A DNA stretch of 63,731 bases, counting the filler, from Folioceros fuciformis (taxonomy: Eukaryota), in the NCBI GenBank assembly GCA_049999805.1. It is 6 parts of 6 records of this genome, joined end to end, with 100 filler letters (N's around TTAATTAATTAA, not from the genome) between each part and the next. Parts side by side here need not be neighbours in the genome. Positions count along the whole stretch, not along the records: positions 31,060 to 40,720 come from JBNGIO010004559.1; positions 40,821 to 55,235 come from JBNGIO010004560.1; 4 more parts are not named here. One strand, given 5' to 3'. The first letter of the stretch is position 1. Each line of letters opens with the position of its first letter. The position numbers and the translations under genes are program-made. The notes under the pieces were generated by a model, which did not search any database, was not told the DNA's origin, and worked only from the letters and a program-made list of their open reading frames with translations. This document shows, in pieces, positions 36,370 through 50,179 of this stretch.

Positions 36370-38445
36370 ATGGCTGCTACCGCTGCCCTCAAGTCGCAGG
36401 CCGTGGCCGCGGCGGCCAGGCCTCAGCTTGCGTGCCCTTGGCACGAGCAGAAGCTGGCCTCCAGCGCTGCCTGTGGAGCTTACGGTGGGAGGTCAGCATG
36501 GTGCGGCAAGGTGTCCTCCCGCCACACCGGATTGCGGGTTTCCCCGGCGGTGAGGGGCAGGGTGGTGCGGATGCAGGTGAGCACGGCGGCCCCAGGGCCC
36601 TCCGGAACCCTGTCCCAGGCCTTGGACGTGAGGGCGAAGCCGACGGTTTTGGTGGCGGAGAAGCTAGGGGAGGCGGGGATCGGGCTGCTGCGTAAGTTTG
36701 CCAACGTGGACTGCGCCTACAACCTGTCGCAGGAGGAGCTTTGCGCCAAGATTTCGCTTGTGGATGCCCTGGTGGTGCGCAGCGCCACGAAGGTGACGAG
36801 GGAGGTATTCGAGGCGGCCCAGGGTCGCCTCAAGGTGGTGGGCAGGGCCGGGGTGGGCATCGACAACGTGGATTTGCAGGCCGCCACGGAGGTGGGGTGT
36901 TTGGTGGTGAACGCTCCCACCGCCAACACCGTCGCCGCTGCTGAGCATGGCATTGCTCTCCTGGCCGCGCTGGCCCGCAACATCCCTCAGGCCAACGCTG
37001 CCCTCAAAGCCGGTGAGAGGACTGGGCGCCATGCCCTTGCTTCTGCTTGCCGTGTTTGTTTTTTGCTGTGCATCTCCAGCGGTTTGATGCGGATGCCGTG
37101 GAGGTGGCAGGCAAGTGGCAGAGGAACAAGTACGTTGGGGTGTCGCTGGTGGACAAGACGCTGGCGGTGATGGGGTTCGGGAAGGTGGGTTCGGAGGTGG
37201 CGCGGCGGGCCAAGGGGCTGGGCATGGTGGTAATCGCGCATGACCCGTACGCGGTGGCGGACCGGGCGCGGGCCATCGGGGTGGACCTGGTGTCGTTCGA
37301 TGAGGCCTTGGCCAGGGCGGACTTCATCTCGCTGCACATGCCGCTCACAGCCTCCACCGACAAGATCTTCAACGACCTGACGCTGGCCAAGGTGAAGCCC
37401 GGGGTGCGCATCGTGAACGTGGCTAGGGGAGGGGTGATCGACGAGCCGGCGCTCATCCGGGCGCTGGACAGCGGGTTGGTGGCGCAGGCGGCGCTGGACG
37501 TGTTCACGGACGAGCCACCCAAGGCCGGGGACCCGCTGGTGGCTCACGAGCAGGTGATTGTGACTCCTCACCTTGGGGCCAGCACGGCGGAGGCCCAGGA
37601 GGGCGTGGCGGTAGAGATTGCGGAGGCGGTCGTGGGGGCCCTCCAGGGTGAGCTCTCCTCCACGGCGGTGAACGCGCCCATGGTGGCTCCCGAGGTGCTC
37701 TCTGCTCTGCATCCCTACGTGATTCTGGCGGACAAGCTCGGCAGGCTGGCGGNNNNNNNNNNNNNNNNNNNNNNNNNNNNNNNNNNNNNNNNNNNNNNNN
37801 NNNNNNNNNNNNNNNNNNNNNNNNNNNNNNNNNNNNNNNNNNNNNNNNNNNNAGGATGTCACAGCCGTTTACAGGGGGCCACGGCAGGAGGGCATGCCGG
37901 ATGTGGATACCCGGCTACTGCGGGCGATGATCGTCAAGGGGCTGGTGGAGCCTGTGTCCAGCTCCTTCATCAACCTGGTGAATGCCGACTACGTGGCCAA
38001 GCAGCGGGGGCTGCGTGTCACCGAGGAGTTCCAGCCCTCTGCCAACGGGGCCACGGAGGGGCCGCTGGAGAGCATTGGGATTCGCATCCGCAACGTGCAG
38101 TCTAACTTCGGGAGCGCCATCTCCGACTCCGGGGACATCACGCTTGAGGGGAAGATCAGGGCCGGGGTGCCTCACCTCTCGCTGGTGGGGAACTTCAGTG
38201 TTGATATCAGCCTGGAGGGCAGCATCATTCTGTGCCGTCAGGTGGATCAACCGGGCATGATCGGGAAGGTGGGTAGTTTGCTGGGCCAGGAGAATGTGAA
38301 CATCAGCTTCATGAGCGTCAGCAGGATTTCCCCGCGCCAGCAGGCGGTCATGGCCATTGGCGTCGACGAGGCTCCGAACAAGCAGGTTCTTGACAAGATC
38401 GGCAGCGTTCCCGCCATCGAAGAATTTGTCTTCCTCAGCCTATGA
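36370..38445 (+). CDS. PGDH: Plastid D-3-phosphoglycerate dehydrogenase (phosphorylated serine pathway); intron 37013-37110; contains an assembly gap
   Basis: Ala/Ser/Arg-rich transit peptide, then KPTVLVAEKLGEAG, VVGRAGVGIDNVDL, NAPTANTVAAAEH, GFGKVGSEVA (NAD-binding), VNVARGG, TPHLGASTAEAQ and a C-terminal ACT domain DQPGMIGKVGSLLGQENVNISFMSV. Confidence 0.95.
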
Positions 38446-39511
38446 GTTTCAAGCCTGTATGAAGTGACGTGAACAACCAATTTTGCTCCATCTACTTTAA
38501 CTCTTTAGGTATTATTATTCTTTGGAGTAGCCAACTCCTCTCATCATGCGTGCATGATCTTCACATTGCTGACGGTCAGCAGTTTCTGTCACTTTTGCGG
38601 AATGGAAAGGGTTTTGACATTTGCTTCGAGCGCCGGCTTTAACTTTCTTTTTGTTTTCGGGGCTCCTCTTTGGCTTGCATTGTCATCCAGCAGGACTGCC
38701 CTGATGCTAAGTAACATGCCCTGGTCTGACACCAGGATTGTGTCAAGGCCCCGACAGAACGCGCAAGACCTGTTGACGTGTTGCTACTATTTTCCAATGC
38801 CATTGAGAAGTCTGTCACGCATGTTTGGTGCTTTACAGTGGCTCTGACACGGGTGAGGGATTCGAAGCCGAACATTCACTGACTGCTCTCTGCATACGGT
38901 TATCAACAAGGCTGACGAGGCCTTGCGTTCCCAATTTGCCCTGGTTCGATTGCCTTGGGGAAATGCTCGAAAGGGCCTCTTCTCCCGCTGGTGATGCGGA
39001 TAGTGCAAGTTTGGATTGAAATGTGATTTTTGCTCTTTCCTCCTTGTTTTGCTTGTGCTGCTTTCGTTTTCTATTTTTGCTTGTTGCTAGCGGCTTAGTT
39101 GCTTGTGTTTGGCTGTTTGCTCGTGGCTTGAGGTTGCCCTCTAGCTCCTGAGCAGATTTGTTCCAGAGCCACGCGATGTGAGCGTGTGGGACACCCAGCG
39201 ATCGAATAGGTACGTATGTACATGAACAGGTCAGCACGTGTGTATGGAATTTCTGGTTTGCTGGCAACGTGCCTCACAAGCTAAGTAGAGTTATCGGATG
39301 GAACAGTTGCTCCATAAATATTGTACGTAGTTCCTTCAGCGCAAAGAAGGGGAACGATTGGCTCCAGAGGCTATAAAAGCCATGGCGGTTTCTAAGTTAG
39401 AAAGCAGCACACACCGTTTACTATGCTACAAGCTACTTGGTATGTCAGTTAGTCCAGGTCAGTGCAGGCTGGGCCAGGCAGAAAGCAGGCGCCCGTGAAT
39501 TCTTGCTTCCT

Positions 39512-40720
39512 TCAGGACGAGGAGTCGAAGGAGGCGAAGGAACGTGGCTCAAACGCCAGGACGTGCGCGCTGCTAATGTCTGGGGCAAAAGGGTAGATGG
39601 TGGCCTTGTCCCGGGGCCAAGGCAGCGGGTTAGGGCTGGCCCAGTCTCGCCAGGACATGTCGCTCACATTATACAGGAAACCCCGATCGCAGGTCGGGGA
39701 TATGAGGTAGACGAGGTTGCCCAGGGCCACGGGCCGCAGCGAATCCCATCCCCGCAGAGCATCGTTCACGTCAGCGGGTGCCACCGATTGCAGCTTGCAA
39801 TCCCCGCCATCCGCGGGAATGTACTTGTACATGTGAAACACCTTGTCGTAGCGATTCTGGTCGGCAGAGGGATGGAATCCCATGAGGAAGACGGAGGAGG
39901 AGCAGACGACGATCTCTGGAAACCAACCCACCCTGAGAGGCACGTCGCATGGACCCTTCCACACGCACTCCTTGATGTCGTAGCCCAGCAGGCAGCACTC
40001 CAGCCCCGGCCCGCACCGCTTCTGGCACAGGCAATAGATGGTGCTGTCCAGCAGCACGGAACGCAGGCACAGCGGCATGCACAAAAAGTCCCGCAGCGTG
40101 TGCGCCGCGGGAGACACCGGCTGCCGGCTGGGTAACAGCTTCCACTCGTGCGCCTCCGAGTCCTTGGCCGGGGGCTTGGAGTCATACACCTCAACCCTGG
40201 AGAAGCCGTTGTCCAGATGCTTCACGGCTGCCGGCAGCTTCTTCCACCCGCCCCAGATGGAGTCCTCCAGAAACGAGATGGCAAACACCCGAAAGCTCTT
40301 GGCTTCCAGGTCCGTCACAATGTGCACCACCTTCGGGTTCACGGAGCCCACCAAAGGCGGGAGCCTCTTAATCAGCGTCGTCACCGGGTTACACACGTAC
40401 AGAAAATCCTGGTAGAAGTTCTTCGCCACCAGCAGCCCCTTCTGCCCGTCCAGCACCCGGGGCGCCAGATCTGGCCGGGTGGGACAGGCAGGGATGAATT
40501 TCAGCACGGGCATCGCCTTCCATTCCTTGGTGTCGGGATCCATGATAAAGCATTTCGGGGGCCGGAGGAAGGTGACCAGCACCGGGACGCTAATTGCTTC
40601 GAATTCCAGCCATTTCTTCAGGTCCTTGGATTGCATGGTTGCGTGGGCGAACAGGCATCTGCATCCGCATCTGCATGCGGCCACGCCCCGGATTCAAGCC
40701 CGACTGCGCATCAACTGCAC
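39512..40720 (-). CDS. F-box/kelch-like (F-box-associated beta-propeller) protein, 5' end truncated at contig end
   Basis: 390-aa ORF with plant F-box-associated motifs GLLVAK...LYVCNPVTTLIKRLPPL, VEVYDS...W, LLGYDIKECVW, YNVSDMSW and a terminal FEPR. The F-box itself is not clearly visible. Confidence 0.6.
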
Positions 40721-41399
40721 NNNNNNNNNNNNNNNNNNNNNNNNNNNNNNNNNNNNNNNNNNNNTTAATTAATTAANNNNNNNNNNNNNNNNNNNNNNNN
40801 NNNNNNNNNNNNNNNNNNNNAAGGGTTGAAAAGCTGAAGTGCTGGAGTGTGGAGTTGGTGTGCTGAGTTGAGGAGCTTAGGTGCTAAAGTTCTCAATCAG
40901 CTGCTGAGGTGGCTAGCATTTAGGGCTGAGAGTGGAGGCCAAGGCTAGGGCTGGGACCTCCTCTTAGTTGCTGAGGCGGCTGATACTTGGAGCTGTAAGT
41001 GGGAGCTGAACATGATGCTGGAGTTCTCATTCAGCTAGAGCTCTGGTTGGCGTTGAAGACAGGGCTAAGGATTCTGATCTTTTTTGTTGTAGTGAGGCTA
41101 GGGCTAGGAGCCGGCTGATAGATAGGGTTAGATTAGGGCAGTGTGGGAAGATTGTAGAAAACCTTGACACTAATTCACTCCCTTGGGAGCGAATCATAGT
41201 ATTTCAACGATAATAAGGGGATGTGTGGCCCTTTGGTGGTTCTTGGGTGCAAGAAATCACTCCACAACTTTACAGCTAGTGGTAAAAAGGAGTGTGTTCT
41301 TACAGTTTCGGTGGACGCATATTGGGCCTCATATTCTGACTCTAGAAAAAGTCTTTCGACTTATGTCTGCTTCATATCTTCTGGCATTGTCAACTAGTC

Positions 41400-41755
41400 C
41401 TGCAAAAAGCAATCCTCCCTTGCCCTCTCATCTACTAAAGCTGAGTACAAGGCTTTGATAGACGCTTGTAAGGAGATTGAGTGGGAAAGACAGTTCCTAG
41501 AATCTATTTCATGACTCAAAAGGCAGCCACTCCTTTGCTATGTGATAACATGTCAGCTATCGCCCTTGTGGCCAATCCCAGGTTCCATGCTTGAACTAAG
41601 CATATCGAGATTTACCATCACTATATAAGGGATGTGACCGAGAGAGGAGTTGCTAAAGTGGATTATGTAAACACAAACGACAATGTTGCAGACTTGTTGA
41701 CAAAAGGGCTTGTGAAAATCAAGCACTATAAGCATCTCACTTCTATGGGTCTGTG
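41400..41755 (+). pseudogene. Degenerate Ty1/Copia RNase H fragment
   Basis: ALSSTKAEYKAL...CDNMSAIALVANPRFHA*TKHIEIYHHYIRD...NVADLLTKGL, with stops and frameshifts. Confidence 0.85.
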
Positions 41756-43524
41756 AGCTTTTATTATGCCTACTCAAAACAACTCTCCGTAGGTCTTGTG
41801 CTAGTCTAGCAGGAAGATTCATGTGATAAGTCATCGTTTGGTTTTTCCTACCAAGAGCACTCACTCACTCACTCACTCTAGCACTAGCAACCAGCAACCA
41901 ATAAACACTACCTTCTACACTTCTGTATTGACCCCCTCACTTAGCAAGAGTCATTAGACTAACCCCAAAGAAGAGGATGCCACAACCCAAGCATGGTTGA
42001 TACTCACTCCAGTCCTGCGAGGAAACAAGAATGATAGATCATGGAGCATGACATGGAGAGTACAATCAAGAATTAGAGGGACCTCGCCCTTAACCCTGAC
42101 CATCACACCTCAAGATCCTACCAGACACTACACAGTCGGCAACACGCTGCTCGCGATTCTACTAGACACTATACAGCCGGCAATACGCCGCTCTTGATTC
42201 TACTAGATGCAGTACAAACGGCAACACGCGGCTCGTGATTCTACTAGACACTACATAACTGGCAACACGTTGCTTGTCCTGAACCAAGCAGGTCACAAGA
42301 GAGGTCGTGAAGAGACACCCTGCCTCCTAGGGGCTCACTCTATCTTACAGGAGCCTCTCTCTCTCTTACCTCACCTCTCTCTAGCTTGACAATTATTACT
42401 TTAAAAATACAACTAGCCTAGCCTATCATCAGCCACTTATTTAGACTTTCCTAGCACGTCCCGTTGCCAATATTGATGAGCTAGGCCGACAACCTGCTGA
42501 CCTTACCACCACAAGTATCTACCAGCTATTAAGATATCCTAAGACCTTGAAGGATGGCTGATCTTCAAAGATGTTGTAGACACCGCCTCTTTCTTGTTGG
42601 ATGGTTGCCCGCAAAGCCTTCCCCTTCAACTGTTCCCCCTGGTAGCTAAGCCTGCCTCCATGGGCGGAGTATGAGTAGTGGGAGAAGAAAAGTGAAGAGG
42701 TGAGAAGAAGTGTGACTAGCAGAGTCAGAATTTCTAGAATTAAATCCAAAAAAATAAAAATAAAAATAGAAAAGAAAAATTAGGGGGAAATTACGAAAAT
42801 ATACAAAGTATACGGGAAAACGAATACCATATATGTAATTAAATACATATTAATATGTATTTAATACATTTGCGGTGTGTATTTGTGTACATATACGAAC
42901 CGTATATGGACCTTAAAAANNNNNNNNNNNNNNNNNNNNNNNNNNNNNNNNNNNNNNNNNNNNNNNNNNNNNNNNNNNNNNNNNNNNNNNNNNNNNNNNN
43001 NNNNNNNNNNNNNNNNNNNCGGGTTGGAGGGGGGGGGGTGTTGGACACAGCGCCGCCGCAACGTTGGATCTGCTACGCCGCCCCCAACGACGCTCCTGTA
43101 GCACCACAATGGCGGTAGGGATTGCTGGCTCGCCCTATAGCGGTGGCGGGGAGGATTGAATTGCCTAGCCATGGGTTGGACTCTACAGCAGTGGGGAGAA
43201 GGAACAATGCTGGCCAGCCAGCCGGATGGCGGCACGGCGTGGACAATGAGATTGGCTGGCTAAAATCAGAGCAGGCACTAGCTTCCAGCTAGCTGCAAGA
43301 GGATGGGAAGAGGTAGAAGGAGGGCGCGCGGGATCTAGGTTGTGATCAGGCTGGAAATGGAGAGTAGGGCTGATTGGGCTAGATTGGATGCGCAATGGGC
43401 TCTGGACAGCGGTGCAAGGTTAGAAAGGATCAGCGTGATTATGGGGTGGGCTGGAAATCGGGCTGAGCTTGGATTTGGGGAGAGTTGGATCCAACACTCT
43501 TTGGCTAGCAGTGGGATGGGAAAG

Positions 43525-43774
43525 TGTTGAAATAGCACCACTAGTTAGATGGACTCCACAGTACATTCCTTATGGTGCACAGGATGCTACATATATAGCC
43601 TTCAGGCTGGGCAACCCTCGATAAGGTAAGCCTTAGTCTCGAGGGTGCAATATCCTGATATATCATGATAACACTTAGGTGGTAGATAACTACGAGTTCA
43701 ATATGGGATAATCTACACTATCCTAAGTGTTGTATGCTCTTAATAACAATTCAGTTAGAGCTTGATTTCTAACA
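43525..43774. mobile_element. Solo LTR (250 bp) related to the LTRs of the neighbouring Copia element
   Basis: Termini TGTT...AACA with a perfect TSD GAAAG on both sides. Shares agttcaatatgggataatctacactatcctaagt with the LTR at 44364. Confidence 0.8.
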
Positions 43775-44363
43775 GAAAGGTGGAGAGAATGCGAGGTGGG
43801 GGGNNNNNNNNNNNNNNNNNNNNNNNNNNNNNNNNNNNNNNNNNNNNNNNNNNNNNNNNNNNNNNNNNNNNNNNNNNNNNNNNNNNNNNNNNNNNNNNNN
43901 NNNACAGTAAGCAGCCCCTCCAACGCGATGAAATAGACCCCAGTAGCGTGCAGGTTCCTCTGGTCTACTTCGCCGATAGAATTTGAAGCCCGATGCCTCG
44001 CCCTCTTACTTACAACTTGAATCCATGGACAAAACAAGATGGGGATATGGAGAAGAAAGGGGGAAACAAGGAAGTGGGGACAAGAGGAGAATGGAGGAGA
44101 AGGGAGGAAGGGAGGGAGAGGAATGGGGATGGGAGCGGCCACACTCCTGCCCTAGCTAGGGCACGGCTCTCACAACCGTTTAGTCAATCATGCAATCAGC
44201 CAGCTAGACCTAACATCTGACCCTGATATATCCCATATTCCCACTCCTAGGTTCAAATAATCAGTTAATTATTCTATTATTTAATATTATTTTGTTATTT
44301 AATACTATATATTTAATTAATATTAAACGAATCACCAAACCTAGATTCAAACCTTCCCAACCC

Positions 44364-47300
44364 TGTCAATAGGATCGACTCCAGTCTATGTGCAAGTATA
44401 GGAGAGGAGAGAAGAGAGGGTGGTATTGGTGGTCACAACCAAAAACAATACACATCACCACTGTCTTACTATGGAGGTCCGAGGTCTCCATTTAAGTAGT
44501 ACATTTAGGGCTACACAACTTCCAAGTTCAATATGGGATAATCTACACTATCCTAAGTTCATTAATAACTAGAACTAGTTTAGTATGAACCCAACCGGGA
44601 TAACTAACACCACATGAGTTTAGCTTATATAGAGCTCGATAACTCAACACTCCCCCTCGAGCTCAACATAGCATTTGTATGCCTAACATAGCTCAGAATT
44701 TCTTCAGCTTCTTTGCTCCCATTGGCTTAGTAAAATTTATCGGCTATCTACTCGTCTGTGTTGACATACACAAGATCAATAGCTCCAAATAAAATCCTTT
44801 CTCGAAGAAAATGATAATATACCTCAATGTGTTTCGTCCTAGCATGAAACGTTGGGTTTCGCGCCAACTGTATGCTGCTAAGATTGTCACAGTAGATAAC
44901 AACCTTGTCGTTGACCAGCAATCCAAAATCTCCGAGTAACTTACAAATCCAAGTCACTTCACACGCTGCTATTGCTGCGGCTCTGTATTCAGCTTCTGTA
45001 CTAGACAAAGCCACTGTAGGCTGCTTCTTGCTACTCCATGTTATTGCTGCACTCCCAAGTGAAAATATGAATCCACTTGTAGATCTACGATCCGTAACAC
45101 TGCCTGCCCAATCTGCATCTATGTACCCACACAAGTTTATGTCTGAATCTGCAGCATAAAAGAGAGCATGATTCATAGTTGCCTTCACATAGCGCAATGT
45201 TTGCCTTACTGCATCCAAATGTGGCTTTCTTGGCACCTACAGAAATTGACTCTGCAGTCCCACTGTATAGTTTAAATTTGGTCTGGATAGAGTGAGATAT
45301 ATCAAGCTACCCACAATCTTCCTGTACACTATTGGATCTTCAAGTGCTTCACCATCATGAGCACTGAGCTTCAGATTTTGATCCAAGGGAATCGAGATTG
45401 GCTTGCACTCAACCATACCATACTTAGTTAGTACATCCGACGCATACTTCCGCTGTGACAGCCAAATGCCTATGTTGGTTCGTATGATTTCAATGCCTAA
45501 GAAGAATTTCAGTTCACCTAGGTCCGTCATGTTGAACTCTTGTTGCAGAAGTTCCTTGATCTGCTCCACTTGATCCAAATAATTACCTCCAATGATTAGA
45601 TCATCCACATAAATGATCACAAAGACCAGTCCTTTTGTACTTCTGCACACATACAACGAATGATCCGCATCTGCCATGTTGAATCCGATGTGAATTAGAT
45701 GTTGAGCAAGACGCTCATGCCAAGCCCTCGGGGCTTGCTTCAGTCCCTACAACGTTTTTTTCAGCTTGCACACATGATTTGGATGATCCAAATCCTCATA
45801 ACCTGGTGGCTGGTCCATGTGTACTTCTAGCAATTCTCCATGTAAGAATGCATTCTTCACATCCATATGATGTAGGACCCAACCTTTCGATGCCGCTAGT
45901 GCGATCACAGTTCGAATTGTTGCCATTTTGGCAACTGGACTAAATGTCTCCTCAAAATCTATTCCATATGTCTGGGCATATCCCTTGGCCACAAGCCTTG
46001 CCTTGTACCTGCTGACACTACCATCTGCGTTGTGTTTGACCTTGTACACCCATTTGCAACCTATTGGTTTCTTGCCTTCAGGTAGTTGTACTAGGTCCCA
46101 TGTTGCATTCTGATCTAATGCATTCATTTCTTCATCCATGGCATGTTCCCACTTTGTGTCTCCAATAGCTTCTTCAAAGCTCCTCGGTTCCACATCCTGC
46201 ACAACCTTTGCCATATAGGCACGGTGCCTAGCTACATAGCTATCATAGGTCAACCGCTATATTGGAACCTTCTGCCTTCCAGATCTTCGTGGGATTGAAC
46301 CACTTCCAGGGGCTGATTGAACCTCTTTGCCTTGGGTGTTTCGATTTTTGGTACACTGAATTCCTCATCCAAGCTCTGCTCAGAGTCGCTTGAATCATAT
46401 GCACCTGCACTCAGGTCTAGTATCTTTGAATCTTGGACTTTTTCCTTCCCTTTGCGAGACACAGTTGTGGAGCTCGTAGGGCTCACACTACCTCGCAACT
46501 TGCCACTCCATGGATTCTAAACATTTGTTGAGTTTGTTGACGCTTGTGGTCCACTCAACACTTAAGATTGTTGACTTGCATTGCTTGTTACCTCAGTTTC
46601 ATGCACATCAGCTACACCACTTGCTTGTACGTCAAAGTACCAGCTAGCCATTTCATCAAAGACTACGTCTCTGCTTACTCTCATAGAGTGTACTGGGATT
46701 GTAGCATCTATATCCTTTCTGTGTAACAGAATACCCAATGAAGACACACTTTTCTGCTTTTGGATCAAGCTTAGTCCACAATTCATCTGAAATATGGACA
46801 TAAGCAATGCAACCAAATACCTTTAAGTGTGACAAGTCAGGTTTCTTCCCTGTGAACTTCTCCTCCGGTGTTACACTGTGCACCGCTGTTGTGGGAGTTC
46901 TATTCATGATGTACACTGCTGTGTTTACAGCTTCAGCCCAATAGTAGTGAGGCATCTTCTTCTCTGTCATCAATGCTCTCGCCACTTCTGCTATGTGCCT
47001 GTCTTGCGCTCTGGAACTCCATTTTGTTGTGGCGTATAACGACTTGAGTACTGCCATTGAATGCCCTGTTCTGATAAGAATTTGCTGAACTCTTTGGGGA
47101 AGTACTCTCTCCCTCCATCAGATCTTAGGTATTTGATGTGCCTACCTGTCTACTTCTCAACCATCGCCTTGAAAGTATGAAAATGAGTGATCACTTCACT
47201 TTTTTCTTTCATGAAATAGACCCACACCTTCTTGTGTGGTCGTCAATGAAGGTCACATAGTACTTCCATCCTTCGATTGATGCAGTCTGTGTAGGACCCC

Positions 47301-49855
47301 ATACATCTGAATGCACAGCATCCAACACATATCTGCTGACATGTTTGTTATGGGGGAACGCATTCCTAGGCTATTTCCTAAGTTGACATGCTTCACATAC
47401 ACCTTGCAGTCTAGTTTCTGTAAGCTTAGGTATGCCTTAGACAACCTTCTAATGCTGCATAGACTTCAACTTCTGCACATTTACATGTCCAATGCGTTTG
47501 TGCCACATCTCTAGGTCTGTCACTACCCTTGTACCCTTCGCAAACATGGCTGACTGCAACTTGGGAACCTCCACGTTCAAGGTGAACATCCATCCAACCT
47601 TCTGCCCTTGAGCAATCAGGCGGCCGCCTTTCTTGCACTCTTCAACAAAGAGTCCTGCATGTGTAAACCTAACCTGCAGTCCTTGCTCAACCATCTGCCC
47701 AACTGACACCAAGTTCTTTGTGATGTTGGGTACGTGAAGAACATCTACCAAGCACTTCACTTTGCCATCCTGCATCTTGAGAGGTACAGTTCTTGTATGC
47801 ACAATTGCATGTGTTGTGTCATCTCCAGTTTCCACATGTCCAGGTTTGTCAAGCACCTACGTTTCTTTGAACCACTCCCCATGGCATGTCATGTGGTTTG
47901 AAGCTCCTGAGTCCACATACCACACAATCTCACCATTGGTGGATCCATTAGCAGACACAGAGTTAAGCATATGCTGCATGACAAACAAGTTGTCCCAGTC
48001 ATTCTGACTGCTGCTAGAGGCATAATTGTTCTGCTACCTCCTGTTGCCTTGATTTCTCCGTGGGCAGTCTCTTTCGAAGTGGTCTAACCTACCACAAGTC
48101 CAGCAACCACTATTGTCTGCATTTGCATCATTTTGTTGTTGATTTCCACGTCCTCTTTGACTCCCCCAGCCTCGAGAATTTTCTCCTCTTCCACGTGTAC
48201 TCTTGTACTGGGACTCCTGATTCTGTTGTTGATTTTGGTAGGAATTTCTACCTCTACCATCTCTTTGCCCTCTGCCACCTTGGGCTCTACCTCTGCCTCT
48301 GCCAAAGTCGAAGGCTTGCTCAAAGCTTTCCTTAGGCTTAGAGGATGATTCCTTGCCTAGGTTTTTCTCCTCTATGATCAACATAGAGATCAGGTGTGAG
48401 AAATTGGGAATGTTTTCCCGAGTCTGTATAGAAGTCTTGAACTGCTTATAGGCAGGTGTTAACCTGCGAAGCAAACTTTGACCTTGTCGTCATCTTCCAC
48501 AATGACACCAATGGACGCAAGGGATTCCACTATCTCTTTGATCTTTAACGCATACTCATTGATTGATAAGTTCTTCTTCATAATTGTGTTGAAGTCATTC
48601 TTCAACTGTAGTTTCCTCGCCTTCGTGTTGGTCTCATAGAGTTTGACCAACTCATCCCATGCTTCTTTGGGCAACTCTGCATCCTGTATGTGCCCAATCA
48701 TGGTGTCATGAATGCTGATTGACAGCCAATACATGACCTTCCGAGATCCTTGACTCCAATCCTTCAGCACCTTAATCTACTCCGCTGTTGCATTCCGTTC
48801 AAGTACTACAAGGGGTTTTTCATGCTCCCCCTCAATGTAGTCCCAATAACCCATCCCATAAGAAAGTTTGTAAAACGAAACTTCCAGGCATGGAAGTTGT
48901 TTTTTTCCAGCTTCTCTTGCACGATCTGGTTAATACTGTCACTGGCCATTCTTGCCACCACTCAAGGTTGACACTCAATCCTTCTTGAGTACTCACACTT
49001 GATAAATGTCTGCAAGAAAGAGACTGCTTCTGACTGGAGTTTTACTCACAAGACCTTAAGTCTCTTCTTCCTAAGAGCAATCTGGTGTGGAATCACGCTG
49101 CCTTGCGTGAACCAAATTGTCTCATGCTCCGTGTCCTTACAGACTCTTGACGATATGCCCACAAAGCTCCCGTGAGATTTCGTGTCAATTCCTTCCCTGC
49201 TGCCAAGCTAGGGTTAGCACACCTTCTTGCAGCTGCGGAGGCTACTGCAGTTGTTGCCTCCACCTGTCAGCCCTTCCACAGAGCTCCGGGGATCAACAGC
49301 CCGTCCAGTAAGCTGACATGGCCTTGTCGCCCTTCTCCTCACTTCCTACACACACCGATATGAGAGTTAGCTGCCGAGACACTTGCTGCCGATCTCCTTC
49401 CAATCTGCTCCAACTTCTCGTAGCTGCTCCAGCTCCTGGTGTGCACTCTTGCTGCCTCTTGCAGCACCTCCTACACCGATCTTGCACCGCCCTCAAGTGT
49501 ACACCCGCCTGGCTCTTCGGCTCTAGGCTACGCTTGGCAATTTGGCTCTCAAGCTCTGATACCATGTCAATAGGATCGACTCCAATCTATGTGCAAGTGT
49601 AGGAGAGGAGAGGAGAGAAGAGAGGGTGGTATTGGTGGTCACAACCAAAAATAATACATATCACCACTATTTTACTATGGAGGTCCGAGGTCTCCATTTA
49701 AGTAGTACATTTAGGGCTACACAACTTCCAAGTTCAATATGGGATAATCTATACTATCCTAAGTTCATTAATAACTAGAACTAGTTTAGTATGAACCCAA
49801 CTGGGATAACTAACACCACATGAGTTTAGCTTATATAGAGCTCGATAACTTAACA
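44364..49855 (-). mobile_element. Full-length but decayed Ty1/Copia LTR retrotransposon
   Basis: LTRs at 49565-49855 (5') and 44364-44649 (3'), both TG...CA. PBS TGGTATCAGAGC at 49564-49553 and polypurine tract GAGGGGGAG next to the 3' LTR. TSD AACCC/GACCC (4 of 5 match). Gag-pol runs from ATG about 48949 and includes a CWTCGRLDHFERDC knuckle, protease WYVDSGASNHM, GAG-pre-integrase WHKRIGH, integrase, RT YVDD and RNase H ALSSTEAEY, with stops and frameshifts. Confidence 0.95.
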
Positions 49856-50179
49856 GACCCTATGGTCCGATACCAGACCTAAACTTTTCCAAGTGTGGGA
49901 CCAAACCTATACCCACTCTAATAACCAAACCAATTATTCCCTTTTCAATTAACTTAATTAGCACAAGAAAAAAATAGGAAAGATGACCAGAAAATAAAGG
50001 AAAATTAGGGAAAATATGTAGAAAAAGAAAACCAAACCATAGCGCTATTAACCCTTTTTTAACCAAAACAAACCACTACCCCAAACTTTGGAGGTTCACA
50101 CTACGCAAGATATTATCACTAGTATAGTAGAAGGACTTGTGTAGTCCTTTGGGCAGGTTGCAGCACAGGAGGGTGAGAA

